The position numbers and the translations under genes are program-made. A stretch of 64,000 nucleotides of DNA from Chrysomallon squamiferum. Taxonomy: Eukaryota > Animalia > Mollusca. Location of the stretch: NCBI GenBank assembly GCA_012295275.1, contig CM022665.1:3348001-3412000 (forward strand), in the 5' to 3' direction. The notes under the pieces were generated by a model. It ran no database searches and had not been told where the DNA came from. It was given only the letters and a program-made list of their open reading frames with translations. This document shows, piece after piece, positions 11,801 through 25,519 of the stretch (its first letter is position 1; each line of letters starts with the position of its first letter).

Positions 11801-14800
11801 TGCGTATGCCTGCTGGTATCGTTCCTGCAATATTCCATACTGAACTGAAGCTTGTGAGTAAGCAGCTTCATACCTAGTTAACGCTGACTGCAGCTCCTGA
11901 ACTTGTAAGTCTTTTTCACTTAATTCAGTTTCGTGCTTTTCTACTGTGACCTTGAATTTGTTTTCTAATTTGGTCTTTTCATCTTTCCACTGAGTTTCCA
12001 TGTCAACGAAGCTTGCCTGAAGCAGCATCAACTGTTCTGATGTGACCTGCAGTTTATCTTTCAGCATTTTTAAGGCTTCTCGATCATCAAGCAATTTTTT
12101 TTCCTTTTCACTTATTTCCTTTTGCAAAATTTCAATTACTTTCATTTTTCCTTCTAGTACATCGTGTACATCTTTAAGTTTCTGTTCCAACATTTTCACA
12201 ACCTCGTCGTGAATATCGACTTCACCGCGAGACATTATTTGCTGGATATCTCTCTCATGTCGAGATATCAGTTCACGCAAATCATTTTCTCTCGTAATTA
12301 GATCATTCTCCTTTTGATGAATCAGTCCTCTGAGATTTTTATTTTCTGTCTCCAGTTCCTGAAGTGTTTCATTAAAATATTTCTGAGTTTCACGAAGTTT
12401 CAAGTCAAATTTGTCACTTTCAATTTTCAGTTTGTGCTCTTCTTTTTCCAGCTGTTCTTTCAGTAAGCTCAGTGTTTCCTCATTGTTTTCTACTTTACTG
12501 GTTAGTTTTACAATTAATAATGCTTGGTCCTGAATATTTTGATCCTTATCTTTCAAAGATTTCTGCAATATCTGCAAAGAGATTAATTCAAGCACATTTT
12601 ATGTACAATCTAACTGTCATGTATAAAGAAAAAGAAAGAAAAATGTTGTTGTTTTTCTTAAATATAATATTAATTCTTATACTTCTCTTATACTCCATCT
12701 TACAGTAAAATTATTTTAAAACCAACTCTTCCTGGTATTTATTGTAATATTCTGGAACTAAATTAAATATTTAAAAATAAAAATACACACCTCAACCACT
12801 TTGTCTCTTCCTCGGATGACCTCATTTTTCTCATGAACAAATTCCTGCAGATCCATTACATGGCAATCTTGTTCCAAAATCTTGTTATTTAAGTCCATCA
12901 TCTTCTTATCTTTATATAACATCTGAGCATACATGGCCTGTAACTGGGACTGATGACAGAGAGTGGTGCGTTAGCGTGCAGATGATACAGATGAAAACTA
13001 ATGCACATAGCTAAGATGGTGGCCAAAACACTGTTGGTTATAATAGTTTCTAATAAACGACACCTAACCTACATTTCCTGATTAAAGCTTTGACTTAATC
13101 TTCAAAGAAAAGAAATATTTAACATTGAAAGAAACACTGACTTTTTTTTTTTTTTAAATACATGGCTGTAGATCAATTATTAATATTTGGACAACCCCAC
13201 ATTTTATATTTTATCTATGAAACATAGGACAAACATAAACATATGATGTTCCTTGTGCCAATAACATCAAGTCAAGACCCAATTATATTTAAAGCATCAA
13301 ATTCTGAAAAGGCCAACAATCTTAGAATGATAAGCATCAGAAATATTATTAAAAGCATATGAAGCAAGATTAGAAAATTAGATTATATGCTAATGATGAC
13401 AAATTTAAAGTTTAAAACAAATGAATAAAGCTATATATTATGAAAAAGCAATAGAAATGAAGCTACATCATGTTCTTTATAATGCTATAAAACAATTAAA
13501 TATGATAGGTTGTGGTCAGGTACTGTATTCATCATTTTACATTCACTTAATGTAAGATGAAGTTACTAGTTTAACCTACAGTTACAGTAAGCTTGCTGAT
13601 AAAAGTTTTTAAACAAGTTAAACTGTTTTCTATCAAATGATTTTGTTTGTATAGATATCTTAAGTAAATACATGTTAAGAAGTCTACTCACATTTTACAT
13701 AACAACAATGACATTACATTTGAATTAAAAAGTTAAAAAAGAAAAGAAAAGAAAAATGGTTAAAAATGATATTAACATCGCATTCTGTTCTATCAGGATT
13801 TAAGTCATCTAACATCAACAACCATCAAATAATAATTTTAAAAAGTAAATAAATAAAACCCAATCCTTGTTACATAAGGAAAATTAATAACAAATTATAA
13901 TGGACTATTGAAAAACATGATCTAAGGAACAATAAGCTGAAAAGATTAAATATTAAATACAAAAAGAAATATTAAAAAAAACCACCAAAAAATTATTTCT
14001 CATGCACAATGTTAGTAGCAGTAAGACCGCAATCATAACTGCAAACACAAGACAAAACATAAAAGAAACACACTGAAGTAAACTTGAATCTTAAACACTC
14101 ACCTCTAAATCCTGACCACCATCTCCTGGCTGGAGTGAAGACTGCAAAGTCTCCAGCAGTCTGGTCTTCTGTTCCAGCTGTTCTGTCAACTCTGAAATGA
14201 ACTTCTCCCTCTCGTCTATGATCTTCTCTTTGCTTTCTATCTGCTGCTTGAGAGAGCTGATGATTTCCTCTTTCTCGGCTATAATCCTGTCCTTTTCATC
14301 AAGTTTTTTTCTGAGAAGAGTCGTCTTGGCCCGACTCATCTGCTCCTCTCCTGCTGCATCTTCAGTTGTCTGATTAAATGTAATCTCCTGTTAATTATCT
14401 TTATAAAACTCTTGTTGAACTACATTGTCAATTATATAAAGAAAAATGAAGTTAAAAAAAACTGAAGAAAAATGTACTGAGCTTTCACGAACTGACATAA
14501 TACATTAATTAAAATACTAAAGCTTTGTGAAATTTTAGATTTGTTTGTGTACTTGGTTTGGGATTTTGTTGCTTTTTTAAAATTAATTAATGTTTTAAAA
14601 AATTAAAAAATTGTGGTTTATATATATTTGTTTAAAAGACTTAAAACTGTGTGGGGGAAAAAAGAAGAAGAAAATTGACTCAAATGTAAAATTAACATTA
14701 TAATCTCAGATTCTGGGATTGTTGTTTTTTTTTTGTTTTTTTTAAGTAATATATAAAGTAATACAGTAGATGCACACTATATTAAAAAGGCAACAATAAC

Positions 14801-15471
14801 ACAGCTAGCACAAACCTTTATTTCTTGATTTTAACACTTTAGAAAACACACACACAAACATATATTCTATATATGTAGTCAAGTGTAATTCATTATAATT
14901 TGTTACAAACTGTCAATTTTCATACAAACCTGGCTTGTTTTTTCTGGAGTTTCAGCAGAGTCCTTTTTAGCTTTGGCAGCTTTGGCTTTGGCTTGAAGTT
15001 TCAACTTTGAAAGATTTGCTTTTGTTTCCTATGCATAAATGAGAACATTATTTTTGTTAATTAAGAAACAGAATGAAAAATTAAAGTGCAAAAAAACCCC
15101 ATGAAAACCCAGACTTTTAAATTTATTTATTTTTGTTATTTTATTTCATTTATTTTTTATTTTCTGAGAGTTATTCAAATAATTTAAATTTTGGAAACTA
15201 ATTCTGCAGTTAAAATATATTTCTTATCTATGTTTTATTAAAATTTTTAAATTTTACATTTACATCTTTAAAAAAATAAAATAAAATGTCTTTAACATTA
15301 AAAGACAAATATGGAAGACAAAAAGATCACAGTGATAATAAAAATTGACTATACTATTAGTTCCTTGTCCTTCTTGTTTATAGTTTCTTCTCTTTCTCGG
15401 ACCATACTTTTCAGCTGAGACACCATCTGCAGCTGTGCCTCCAACTGCATCTGAAGATCACTGTCAGCCAT
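1..15471 (-). CDS. GOLGB1: Giantin/golgin subfamily B member 1-like (lava lamp-like) giant coiled-coil protein, 3'-partial
   Basis: Phase-consistent GT-AG exon chain read by hand: 15355-15471, 14930-15028, 14103-14369, 12791-12949, 11444-12571, 10173-10290, 9797-9948, 9020-9205, 8342-8492, 8010-8128, 1-7526 (continues past the window). E/K/L/Q-rich heptads throughout. Motifs SKLKLQAKAK, KFLKVKAQMTSKIKSLE and LEDEKGNLQLKLVD resemble the giantin N-terminus as recalled (human KKLKLHAKAK). More than 3300 codons are visible. The C-terminal anchor lies outside the window, so orthology is unproven. Confidence 0.7.
8010..8128 (-). CDS. GOLGB1: Golgin exon (DVEKEKEELL...ELLIK)
   Basis: ttttag|AT...AAG|gtttg, 119 nt, phase 1 to 0. 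Confidence 0.8.
8342..8492 (-). CDS. GOLGB1: Golgin exon (IEMTNQITQL...ESKD)
   Basis: taacag|ATT...GAT G|gtaaa, 151 nt. Confidence 0.8.
9020..9205 (-). CDS. GOLGB1: Golgin exon (NQLIFDENQKQTVESLRQEL...ETDI)
   Basis: ttgacag|AAT...ATA|gtgag, 186 nt. Confidence 0.8.
9797..9948 (-). CDS. GOLGB1: Golgin exon (QLEEKIKEL...IDQ)
   Basis: ttgcag|GT...CAG|gtaca, 152 nt; not in the ORF track. Confidence 0.8.
10173..10290 (-). CDS. GOLGB1: Golgin exon (GSSVEEEVVSLKNCLAELEDEKGNLQLKLVDYDE)
   Basis: aaacag|GGA...CAA G|gtaga, 118 nt; not in the ORF track. Confidence 0.8.
11444..12571 (-). CDS. GOLGB1: Golgin exon, 376 codons
   Basis: ttgcag|ATA...AAG|gtaagt, inside ORF 11426-12595. Confidence 0.9.
12791..12949 (-). 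CDS. GOLGB1: Golgin exon (SQLQAMYAQMLYKDKK...VVE)
   Basis: catcag|TCC...GAG|gtgtgt, 159 nt. Confidence 0.8.
14103..14369 (-). CDS. GOLGB1: Golgin exon (TTEDAAGEEQMSRAK...DLE)
   Basis: aatcag|ACA...GAG|gtgagt, 267 nt. Confidence 0.85.
14930..15028 (-). CDS. GOLGB1: Golgin exon (ETKANLSKLKLQAKAKAAK...SQ)
   Basis: gcatag|GAA...CAG|gtttgt, 99 nt. Confidence 0.85.
15355..15471 (-). CDS. GOLGB1: Golgin first coding exon (MADSDLQMQLEAQ...)
   Basis: Acceptor tttgacag| at 15490, ATG at 15471, donor ATA|gtatag. Confidence 0.75.
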
Positions 15472-16591
15472 GTCTGTTGTCTTTAGTGAACTGTCAAATA
15501 AACAGGAATACATTCCTAAAATGTAATTTATTCTGCAACTCCATATTAACAATAATAAAAAACAATAATAAAATAAAATAAAATAAAATAAAATAAATTA
15601 ATAAAACTAATAAATAAAAAATAATTAGTGTTATGATAAAAATAAAAATCTTCATTCAATGGGATTATATCATTTATATTATTAGGTCAGATTAATAAAG
15701 CTATAACATTAAAAAAATACACTTTTTGTCAGCAGGTTGTAAGGAAAACTATACTGCATGCACACCAACATCTGTGTAGCCACATATGGTTATTTTAAAA
15801 CAAAATAAAAATAGTTCTTTATTTTCTTACTGTTGAAAGTTTTGTGAATTCTAGCAGTGAACACTTAACAATTAGATGTTATATTATGTATTCACTTAAA
15901 GCAATCATCTGAACAACTTTCAATGATATCATAAAAAATAAAAAAATTACTGTCAGTGTGTTTAAACTATGATTAACATTATTTGTAGTTTGAAAGTACA
16001 CCAGATTATATACTTAAATAAAATTCTTTTCATAAACCAGTGTAATTTCAGACACACATTTAAAATAAGCTTGACAGGTTATACATACATCAAAAGTAGT
16101 GACAGATTAATCAGATTAATTAGCATGCACGCACACGCACACACACATTTATTAAACTGTCTAAAATTTTACTTTATTTCTTTTACAGAGTTATTGTAAT
16201 GGTGTAGGTGATATTGTTATTAAAACATCTCCTATGTGTGGAATGATACACTGTCTATATAACAATAAATGTTCTTAATCATTTAATGGTGTTTGAACAA
16301 GTGAGATAAAAATAATGGTGTTTGAACAAGTGAGATAAAAAAAAAAAATTGGAATTAATAGTAGCATAAACTCTTGCAATTCCATTTATATAGAACTCCA
16401 GTGTTAAGATAAGTTATACTTTATATTTCTGATATTAGTTTATTTATGGAAATAACAGTGTAAACTGATGCAGATTGTGATGTGAATGAAACAGAATAAC
16501 AACTGAATTGCCAAATTGAGTCTCAGTCTGTAACATTTTAATAAATCTGAGTAATAGTTATCTGTAACAACATGGAGGGAGAGCAAGAGGG

Positions 16592-16595
<4 letters not shown>

Positions 16596-16676
<81 letters not shown>
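16596..16676. repeat. (GA)n microsatellite
   Basis: Direct reading. Similar tracts at ~17452-17506, 47047-47132, 47910-47976, 52290-52375 and 59089-59182. Confidence 0.95.
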
Positions 16677-16679
<3 letters not shown>

Positions 16680-17045
16680 CAGATTATGATTTTTACCCAT
16701 TAACATTATGCAATATTGTTTTTATATCAGCTTTGCATGAAACTTAAATTGGTAAATAAATCATGGAAAAAAATGTCATGCACATTTGAAACACGAAAAT
16801 ACATTAGGCTTAGACTATATAAGAAATGCAGAGTAACATTAGTCACTAAAAAAAAAATAATATCCACATTAAACCAGGAAATATCCTTAATCCAACGTAT
16901 TCTTTTTCATAAGCTTTAGGAAAAGCAGTAACATATTAATCAGATTAATGAGATTAATGTAACAAACCTCCAGTTGCAACTATCTACCTTTGGCTTCAGG
17001 GAATATGTTTACTATCCTATGTTTACACATTTGCCAAAATTCCAT

Positions 17046-17110
17046 ACCGTCCGCCATCTTGTCAAACTTTCAGTCACGTGTCTTGTATGCGTGTCAGTCA
17101 GAAGAGTTTT
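17046..17110 (-). promoter_or_regulatory. Probable golgin TSS region and first (UTR) exon, with YY1-type motif and E-box
   Basis: Minus strand reads AAGATGGCGGACG|gtatgg (YY1-like core followed by a splice donor at 17047). GTCACGTG at 17073-17080. Locally CpG-richer than the flanks. Confidence 0.55.
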
Positions 17111-17447
17111 CCCCCTTAACCATGTTTTGCAGGCCTAGGTCTTAGAAACCACGAATGACTTAACAAGCATCAAACAAATTTGCAGAAGAAATGACATTTT
17201 CCATGGGCTATGCATTTCATTATTATTATTATTATTATTATTAAAATATTATTATTACTATAAACATTATATCACAGAAAAGCAGAAATGATTAACGAAT
17301 CTTGAATGGGGAAACAGCAAAGGACGACTGAGAATTGTTGATTCTAAAAGAGAAAGAGTATTCTATGACAAATATTCATTTATTTTATAATGTCTTCTAA
17401 AAACAATAGGCTAACCATTTTGTTTTCTCTCTCCATCAGTAATAGAA

Positions 17448-17512
<65 letters not shown>

Positions 17513-19688
17513 ATCACGTCCGATTTACAAATATTTTACAGACGTTTATTAATTTGAAAAACGTGATGAAACAGAACAAATTTACAACGCACAAATTCAT
17601 GTCACTGTAAGTATGTTTAATCAATAATAACGCACAGTACTTCAACAGATGGTGTCGAAATGACCTGTATTTAATAGCTGGGCTGGCGTTCCTCGGTTGT
17701 ATTTCATACTCTAACAATGATTATGTTAGTGTTATTATATTCGGTTTAATGACATGTTATGGAAATGACCTAGACTGTGCGTAATGCACGAAACCAGAGA
17801 ATTATGATAGTTAAGTTAATATTTAAAATAATTATTACCCGTATTATGTAATACATTACAACTTTAATGTAATTGTACAGCAATGATTATCTGTGACACC
17901 ATGTCGCTAATAATACTTTTTCTGTTTTTGTTTTACCTTTTTGAGACATGAAGGTGTCGAAAGGTCTGCTTACTAACATCAAAATGTTATTCCTTTATTT
18001 TAAAATGCCTACACATGGAAAAAAGAAGTTATTTTCTGTTTGTAGTTTTATTACATATTGCATATTTATGAATGACTCATCATTTTGCACACATTATAAT
18101 TGACAAATACACACATACATACACTATTTATCTCACATGCACACAAATACAAACATACAAATATGCACACACTTACACTGATACACATACACATAGAGGC
18201 ACACATGCACATACAAGCACAAACACGCACATACAAACATATCCACAGAAAAAGAGAGGGTCAGGTAATCCTCTCCTCAGGCAGTCATAACTGCTCCATG
18301 TATGGGTCCAGACAAATCTCAATAAACTTTTGTTACAGGACATATCTGTTTTCTTCTTATTTTTTTAATATATTTATTTTATTATTTTTTTTATATTATA
18401 TTAAAGGATATTCTTATATAAAACGAAACGATTGTTATGACGCATCGATTGTGTAAAAAAAACAACAACCCCAAAAACACCTTAAGAAAAAACAAAAACA
18501 TGTAGGATTGTTTTACAATTGTGTTGAAGTTTACATGAGGTCGGCAGAGCAAATATTCTCAGTTTCTTTCATAGCCGGTCTCTTTCTTTAAACAATCCGT
18601 ATTTCCTCGAGAACAAAAAAAAAAAAAAAAAAAAATCATTGTTGCTCCTTTATATTTAAATGTCACTTGATCTGTTGGTGTACTGAAGATTTAACAGCTT
18701 CAGAACAAAAAAAAAAAACCGAATAATTAAAAATAAAGACCAATTCGCAGTTTATAATCTTTTCTCTTTTAATGAAGTAAATGTTGTTTTATCCTTTAAG
18801 AATATTCATACCCAAAATGTGCTATGGTGTTAAGAAACAGCCTAAATATATCTCATATAATCTTTTCATGTTAGAATGTTTTTTTTTTTTTTAACTAGAT
18901 ACCAACCTTTACACTAACATTAATATAACCACCGGAACATACGTATTTTGACTCTGTGCAAATGTATGTGTAAGATGTGTATGTGGTAAAATGGCACCTA
19001 CATCGACGAATTCAATAATTAATAAATATATATTTTTAAAAAGAGAACTAAAATAAATAGAACTAATCATTACAAAATTGCTGTATACTCAGTCTTACCA
19101 GGATCTTTTATTTACTTTCAAATGCACCACAGTCTAAAACCGCATCACAACAAAGGTAAAGTGATAACCTCCATACTTTTTTTTATGAGTTTTTCGTCTT
19201 ATTTTTGTGTTTTATTATCAAACTTTGTGTCCAGTATCTAATAAAACAATTACATGAAATTATGTAAATCTAGATAGGCTACATTTGTTCGTACTACAAT
19301 AGGAAGCACTAAAGAAAAATCAAAAAGATAATATCACGTAAAACAGCTAAAAACAAAAACAAATGCTGAATAAGTCTTTTACTTGATCACAATTTTACAC
19401 TGACTATTTAGCATCTTTAAACTGTTAAAGAAATATTAAGTATTACCGTAATTCTGTCTTTAATGGAATGTTAACTAAAATAAAATGAACTTTTGTGGGC
19501 TAGACTTGTTTATTATTTACCTAACAGAAAATTTAGGGTGTGATATTTATGTAACCAGTACGGTTTCAAATACGGTAAGCAGATCAGAAAGATTGCAACT
19601 TAGGTTATTCATGCGAGTTAGCTTGAAAATAATACGTTAATTTTACTGACAGATACCTCCCTCCAACACCACCCGACTTTTATTTATT

Positions 19689-19751
<63 letters not shown>

Positions 19752-19760
19752 TTATTTATC

Positions 19761-19791
<31 letters not shown>

Positions 19792-19937
19792 GTTAATTCT
19801 GAAGTGTAAGACACAACAGGTAATTTATTATCTAAAACTGAAGGAGAATTCTCAAAAGGCACTGTTCATTTAATTATTTACAAAATATACCTGTGCTCCA
19901 CTAAGCAGCACATAAAATGCAAACTTTTCTTTCTTTC

Positions 19938-19968
<31 letters not shown>

Positions 19969-21138
19969 TTTTACACTAAACAGACACCTCGGAACTTGTC
20001 AATTGTTCTTCCGTCGTCTGCTTTTTCACGAAGCAGCAGAACTGAGATCTTGGCGTATGCCGCTACAGAGGGACGTTTACATTCGGCCCGGCAAGTACAT
20101 ATTCAACAACACTGATGATCTGCTATTGCAGTTGAAGGCAGGTAGGACGGCTAATGAATTTTGTCTTCTGGTGGGGAATGTTTCACTAAAGAATTTCAGG
20201 ATTACTTTTGATGAATGAAACTGGTTTTTATTTTATGTTTATTTTTATTTATTTGTAAACATTTTGTACATGAATTTTACCTGTGTGAAAAAAATTCGCT
20301 ACGTGACTTGTACCTTACTCGTGTTTACAGTAACATAATACAAGTCATGAATTAGTCACATTTCTGTTATTTTGTAATACCATACTCTTTTGCAGGTTTT
20401 ATATCAGTTCAACATGTGAGGCTTTCTTTTCATTACGACATATGGAGGCAAGTTGATCTTATGTTTTTGTGCAGTTACACGTGTGAACAAAAGTTACATG
20501 AAAATATGTCTCAAGATGCTAACGTGGTTTTCATGAAGTGAAAAAAAAAGGTTCATTTTGCTGTTTTAACAACCTTTTAAGGCGGAGAATGAAGTAAATA
20601 TCAAATATATAAACTTCATACAACAAAACTTTTTTCTCTTAACTTTATCAGTTAGAAGGAAGTTACTTCAACAGATACGTATGCTTACTTTTCCTTTGAT
20701 GGTATGCAAACAAACTGGATGGACGCAAAGTAAATTAAGAGCCAAATTTAGGCTGTTTTTTTTTTTTTTTTTTTAATAAATATTATTCAGCAGTGAGTGA
20801 CACAAATTCAAACACAACTCTGTGACTTGCTTTCTCTGAAAGACACTGAACTTCTCACTGAAGGTTAGACATTAGCAAAATACAAACATAATAGTAATTG
20901 TTATCGTTTGTTTATTGACTTATTATCACCTTTACATACGAATGGAATTTGCAGTAACGGGGTGCTGGAAGTGTTGTGGAAATACGATATAGGCAAACGA
21001 CCCAGTTTGAGAAAGCTACCTAACTAAATACAGGACATGAACTTAATTTGACTTTGTAATTCATTCTGTGAAGTCTATCTTCGCATGCATATGGTTAATT
21101 ATCATGCCTTGTACTGTCACATTTCAGATTTCATAAGA

Positions 21139-21825
21139 ATGGGACAGACGTTGGCAAGAAGGTCGCGAGACCGAGGGACAAAACTGTGGGAGGAGCAGAG
21201 ATTCGAAGAAGCAATAGAAGCCTGGGAAACTGCATTAAAACGAACGACCAAACCCGCCGACAAATTTGATATTTTTGGTAATCTCTGCATGGCACTCTGT
21301 GATATGGGAAAATACCGGAATTCTCTCAATTACGCCGATCAGCAAATTGAAATTGCAAATAAACTGAATAATCCATTAATGATATCGCAGGCCTATTTTC
21401 ATCTAGCTTTGTGTAATGAACGAGTGAGCGAATACTCAAAATCTGTTTCTTACTGTCGATATAGCCTTCAGGTGGAAAACACAGACGATAAACTTATCGG
21501 ATGGATTCATTTTTGTTTGGGAAATGCTTTCATTGGACTTAGTGAATTTCCCAAAGCTTGGAAAAGTTATTCGAAAAGTTTATCTCTTGCAAGAACTAAG
21601 AAAAATCTTTTGCTGGAAATGCTTGTTGAAACCAGATTAGGAAATTTGTTTTCCCAATTAGTGGATTATGAAACTGGCCTCAGTTATTGCAGCAAAGCGT
21701 GGGAGACCATAAACGCGTTTGAGGAAAATGATCCGATTGTTAAATACAAGAGACAAATTGCCGTGTATATAGCCATTCCATACAGGAAGACTGGATTTTA
21801 CAACGAGGCTATGGACTTCTGTGAG
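21139..21825 (+). CDS. RAPSN: Rapsyn coding exon 1 (TPR region)
   Basis: MGQTLARR...MDFCE|gtaaga, 229 codons; probable acceptor tttcag ends at 21127. Confidence 0.95.
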
Positions 21826-23465
21826 GTAAGACAAATAACTAACAGGTGCGGCAGACAAAGTGAGTAAATTACAGATGAGAATAACACTGATTTATTTATC
21901 AGATGGCTACGTCCGCACACTCAAGACTAACACAATTACTAATAATATAAATATATATATATTAAAAACACAGAACATATGCAGTAAAATTCCTGCATCC
22001 ATTTACAAGCAACCAATTTTATTTACTAACCCGCATTTTAATTCTGGCTCCCAAACATTACAAATCCTTTCTCTATTTTAGACGTATCTACGTCATCTTG
22101 TTTTCTTTGTTTTTGTTTTCCTTTGTCTATATGTAAAGTAGAAAGAACTACATTTTGTATGCCTTTCGTCTTATCCAAACAATTTTATTGAAGATGTTAC
22201 GTGTTATTCGGTTTTAAACGTTGTGTACGAAATTCACCTTGGCGTGTTCTTTCGAATACTTTACTGTGGCCGTTACATTGTTTTCTTCATTTAAAATACC
22301 TGGATAATATACAATACAAAAACAAAAATTAACATACGTTGTTTGACTTTGAATAAACAAATGTAAAAACTTTTGATAAGTATGGATTACATACTAACAA
22401 ATTTAGTTATCGATTGTCATTTCTAACATTTGAACTAAAAGGTTGACTCAGCATAAGCTGTAGTGACTATTTTAGCGTGGTAAAATTGGAATCACACTAT
22501 GTACATTATGTTATAAATAGCTAACTAGGTTGATTCTGGTTTATTATTAAGCAGAGAGCTTATTTTGAGGAACTATTTCCGAGGCGTATGGGAACCTGTT
22601 CAACTTGGTTAGTATTGTTCCACGTTTTCCGTTAACAGACGTGATTCAGCGATGTGCACCATCGTACTTGTCCAATGTGTTATCTTCAATAATAAAACGT
22701 GTTAAACATGTACAGACACCATGTGCAGCAGACACGTTTCTGTGTAACAGTATAAACCTAGGTTATTTTATGTCTGGATGAGAATGCTTGGTGTAAGCCA
22801 ATCTTGCTATGCCAAAAATCCTGCGATTTCGTCTCCATCTGATAATAATAATTATAACAAGTACTGTATGAGTGGGTGGAGTGAGCCACACATAAAGTCT
22901 AGAGGAAGAAAGTCGTTTTTACATTAATTTTACAAATACCGCGCTTCAACTTCGTTAGTTTTGTTTTAGAAGATGATGCCTGTTCTCTCTATTTTTTTCA
23001 AGTGGTGGACAACACAGGTCTCCTATAATGTCTGGAAAAGGTGAAATTTTAAAAACTGTTACAGATAGATAAAAATAATGAAATAAACTGATCAACAGGC
23101 ATTGATTTTGCAAATCAATTTTCATAAATTTTGATACCACTGTTTGGCGGCGTAAAAAAAATAGTTTACCCTGTTCTTAGACGTTTATCGACATATTTTG
23201 TTTCATTAACTATCATCTATAAAACGAAAAACATAATTTACTTCTGCTGAAGTGCACCGCAGTGCTTATGCAGATATTTTATCGTTATCAAATAATGCAT
23301 TAGGCCTGTAGGTGTTGTTTTTTGTGTTTTTTTCTTCACATTTCACTGGTATCATATATTTAAAAACAAAACAAAAAAGAACAACTAATCTAAATAATTT
23401 CCTCTTTTTTCTTTGTTGTTGCTAAGCAACACCGGTTTCATTGAATAGGTGTCGAATTAGTGGGG

Positions 23466-23507
<42 letters not shown>

Positions 23508-24610
23508 ACACACACACACACGTCCGTTTGTGAATACAAGAAAAAATTAAAGAAAAGTAAGACAGTAATAAATAAAAAGCAAAGAAAGATAGTTTATCTC
23601 TGTAATTATGGAAACTTCGGTCTTTTAAAATTGTTTTCTTTGAACATTCTTTTCTTATTTCATAGATCAATAGAATCTTGAAATAAGCGACAGAAATAAT
23701 TCACAGCCAAACATAAAATCGATGACACATTCATTTTTTTGTAGTTATTTTTTTCATGAACCCAGTGCTGTATAATGTGCAGTTAATTTGATCCGAAAAA
23801 TGATTTACGTAATGCATCTGTAATAAATCTTGAAGAAGGTTTTGAAATTCGTGTCTTAATAATATTCTCTGCTTATATAAAAATATTAAGATGTACGTAA
23901 ATGAACACAAAATGCAGAAATAAAAAATAAAAAGAGGACGCTTATCGTTCAGTTTTCTTTGATCCCTGAGTAAAAACAACAACTTTTAAAAATAACAAAT
24001 AGAACATATACACACCCACACACTGGTGTACGCAACATACTTGTTCTGTAAAAAAAAATAAAAACTATAAAAAGAAAACAATAAACCAACAAAACTCCAG
24101 TGCTCTTGTCACAGTATAATTAATATCTTTTAGATATCTTCAATAAAAACCTTTTAAAAATACCTTTTTTTTTTTATTTTTCTTTTTTAAAATAATAAAT
24201 ATCTCAAATGTATAATACGTTACGCGCCGTAAACGAAAAAAACCAAACATGACACAACAAACCACGACAGGTTGTCGCCTCTTCCTGCAGTGTTACAACA
24301 GGAAACTGCTTATTTTCCGCAAATTAGTACAATCAGCAAAAGCTAAGAAAAACAACGTGAGGTCTGTACACTTTGAAATAGCAAGAAAACCCGGCTAATT
24401 TGTTTATACCTTTGTGAGAAACACCTCTAACATGATTATTTCATTCGACGGTTCGAGAGAGTAAGCTACTTTCAGAAACATTAAACGTCACAGCTAACAT
24501 AAAAAGTAACACCGGTTGTACACGAACTGTTTTGTTTAATGACTGAGAAATTAGAATTACGTATCCGAATATTGCTTTCAAAAACACCTTTTGTTTTCAT
24601 TTTTAAATAA

Positions 24611-24641
<31 letters not shown>

Positions 24642-24890
24642 AATTGCTTATCAAAACTATAATCATATCATATAGGTTTTGACCTCGATTACTGAAATAA
24701 TTGAAAGGTATCATAAACACAGAGTTTCCTGGTTGGTGATGGTTATCGGTTTCTACGTTGGCGGTAAAATAAGGGATCCCCCCACACACACAAAAAAAAG
24801 GGAGAAAAAAAAAAAAAAAAGAAATGTACAGGTAAATAACTAATAACTTTGTTGTGAATCCTTTAAAATAACAAGAAAACAATCCAACAA

Positions 24891-24921
<31 letters not shown>

Positions 24922-25397
24922 TGTATGTATGTATTCATTTATATAACGGGAAAGAAGGCAACAAAACAAGTTATCTGATTGGTTTTGTTTGTGTAAACAT
25001 AAAATACAACTTTAACGTAATTAACAGATAATTAATTTTATAAAACGATATTATTATTATTATTTAATGTTTAACAGGCTGTGAATTTAATACTCGTAGA
25101 TTTATATGATGCGTAAAACAAGAAGAAACTATCGTATTTTTTAAAGCAAGAAAAAAAAAATTAGAATTAAAAATATTATACAGAAACAAATAAATCACTA
25201 AAACCCAATAAAAGAAAATAATAAGAAAAAGAAAACAACCAGAACGTCGTCTCTAAATATATATCCCCATGAAAAAATAACTAATAATAACTTTTAATAA
25301 TAAAAAATAAAATAAATAAATAAATAAAAGACATGAAGAAAAACAGAACTCAGAACAAAAAAAAAAATAGCAATGACCAGCATAAAAAAAAAAATAA

Positions 25398-25446
<49 letters not shown>

Positions 25447-25476
25447 GAACAAGAGCAAGAACAAGAAGAACAAAAG

Positions 25477-25519
<43 letters not shown>

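Noticed and set aside
21085-21138. N-terminal extension MHMVNY... of the rapsyn ORF
   Set aside because: A tttcag acceptor ends at 21127, and rapsyn needs Gly2 for myristoylation, so the true start is taken as 21139.
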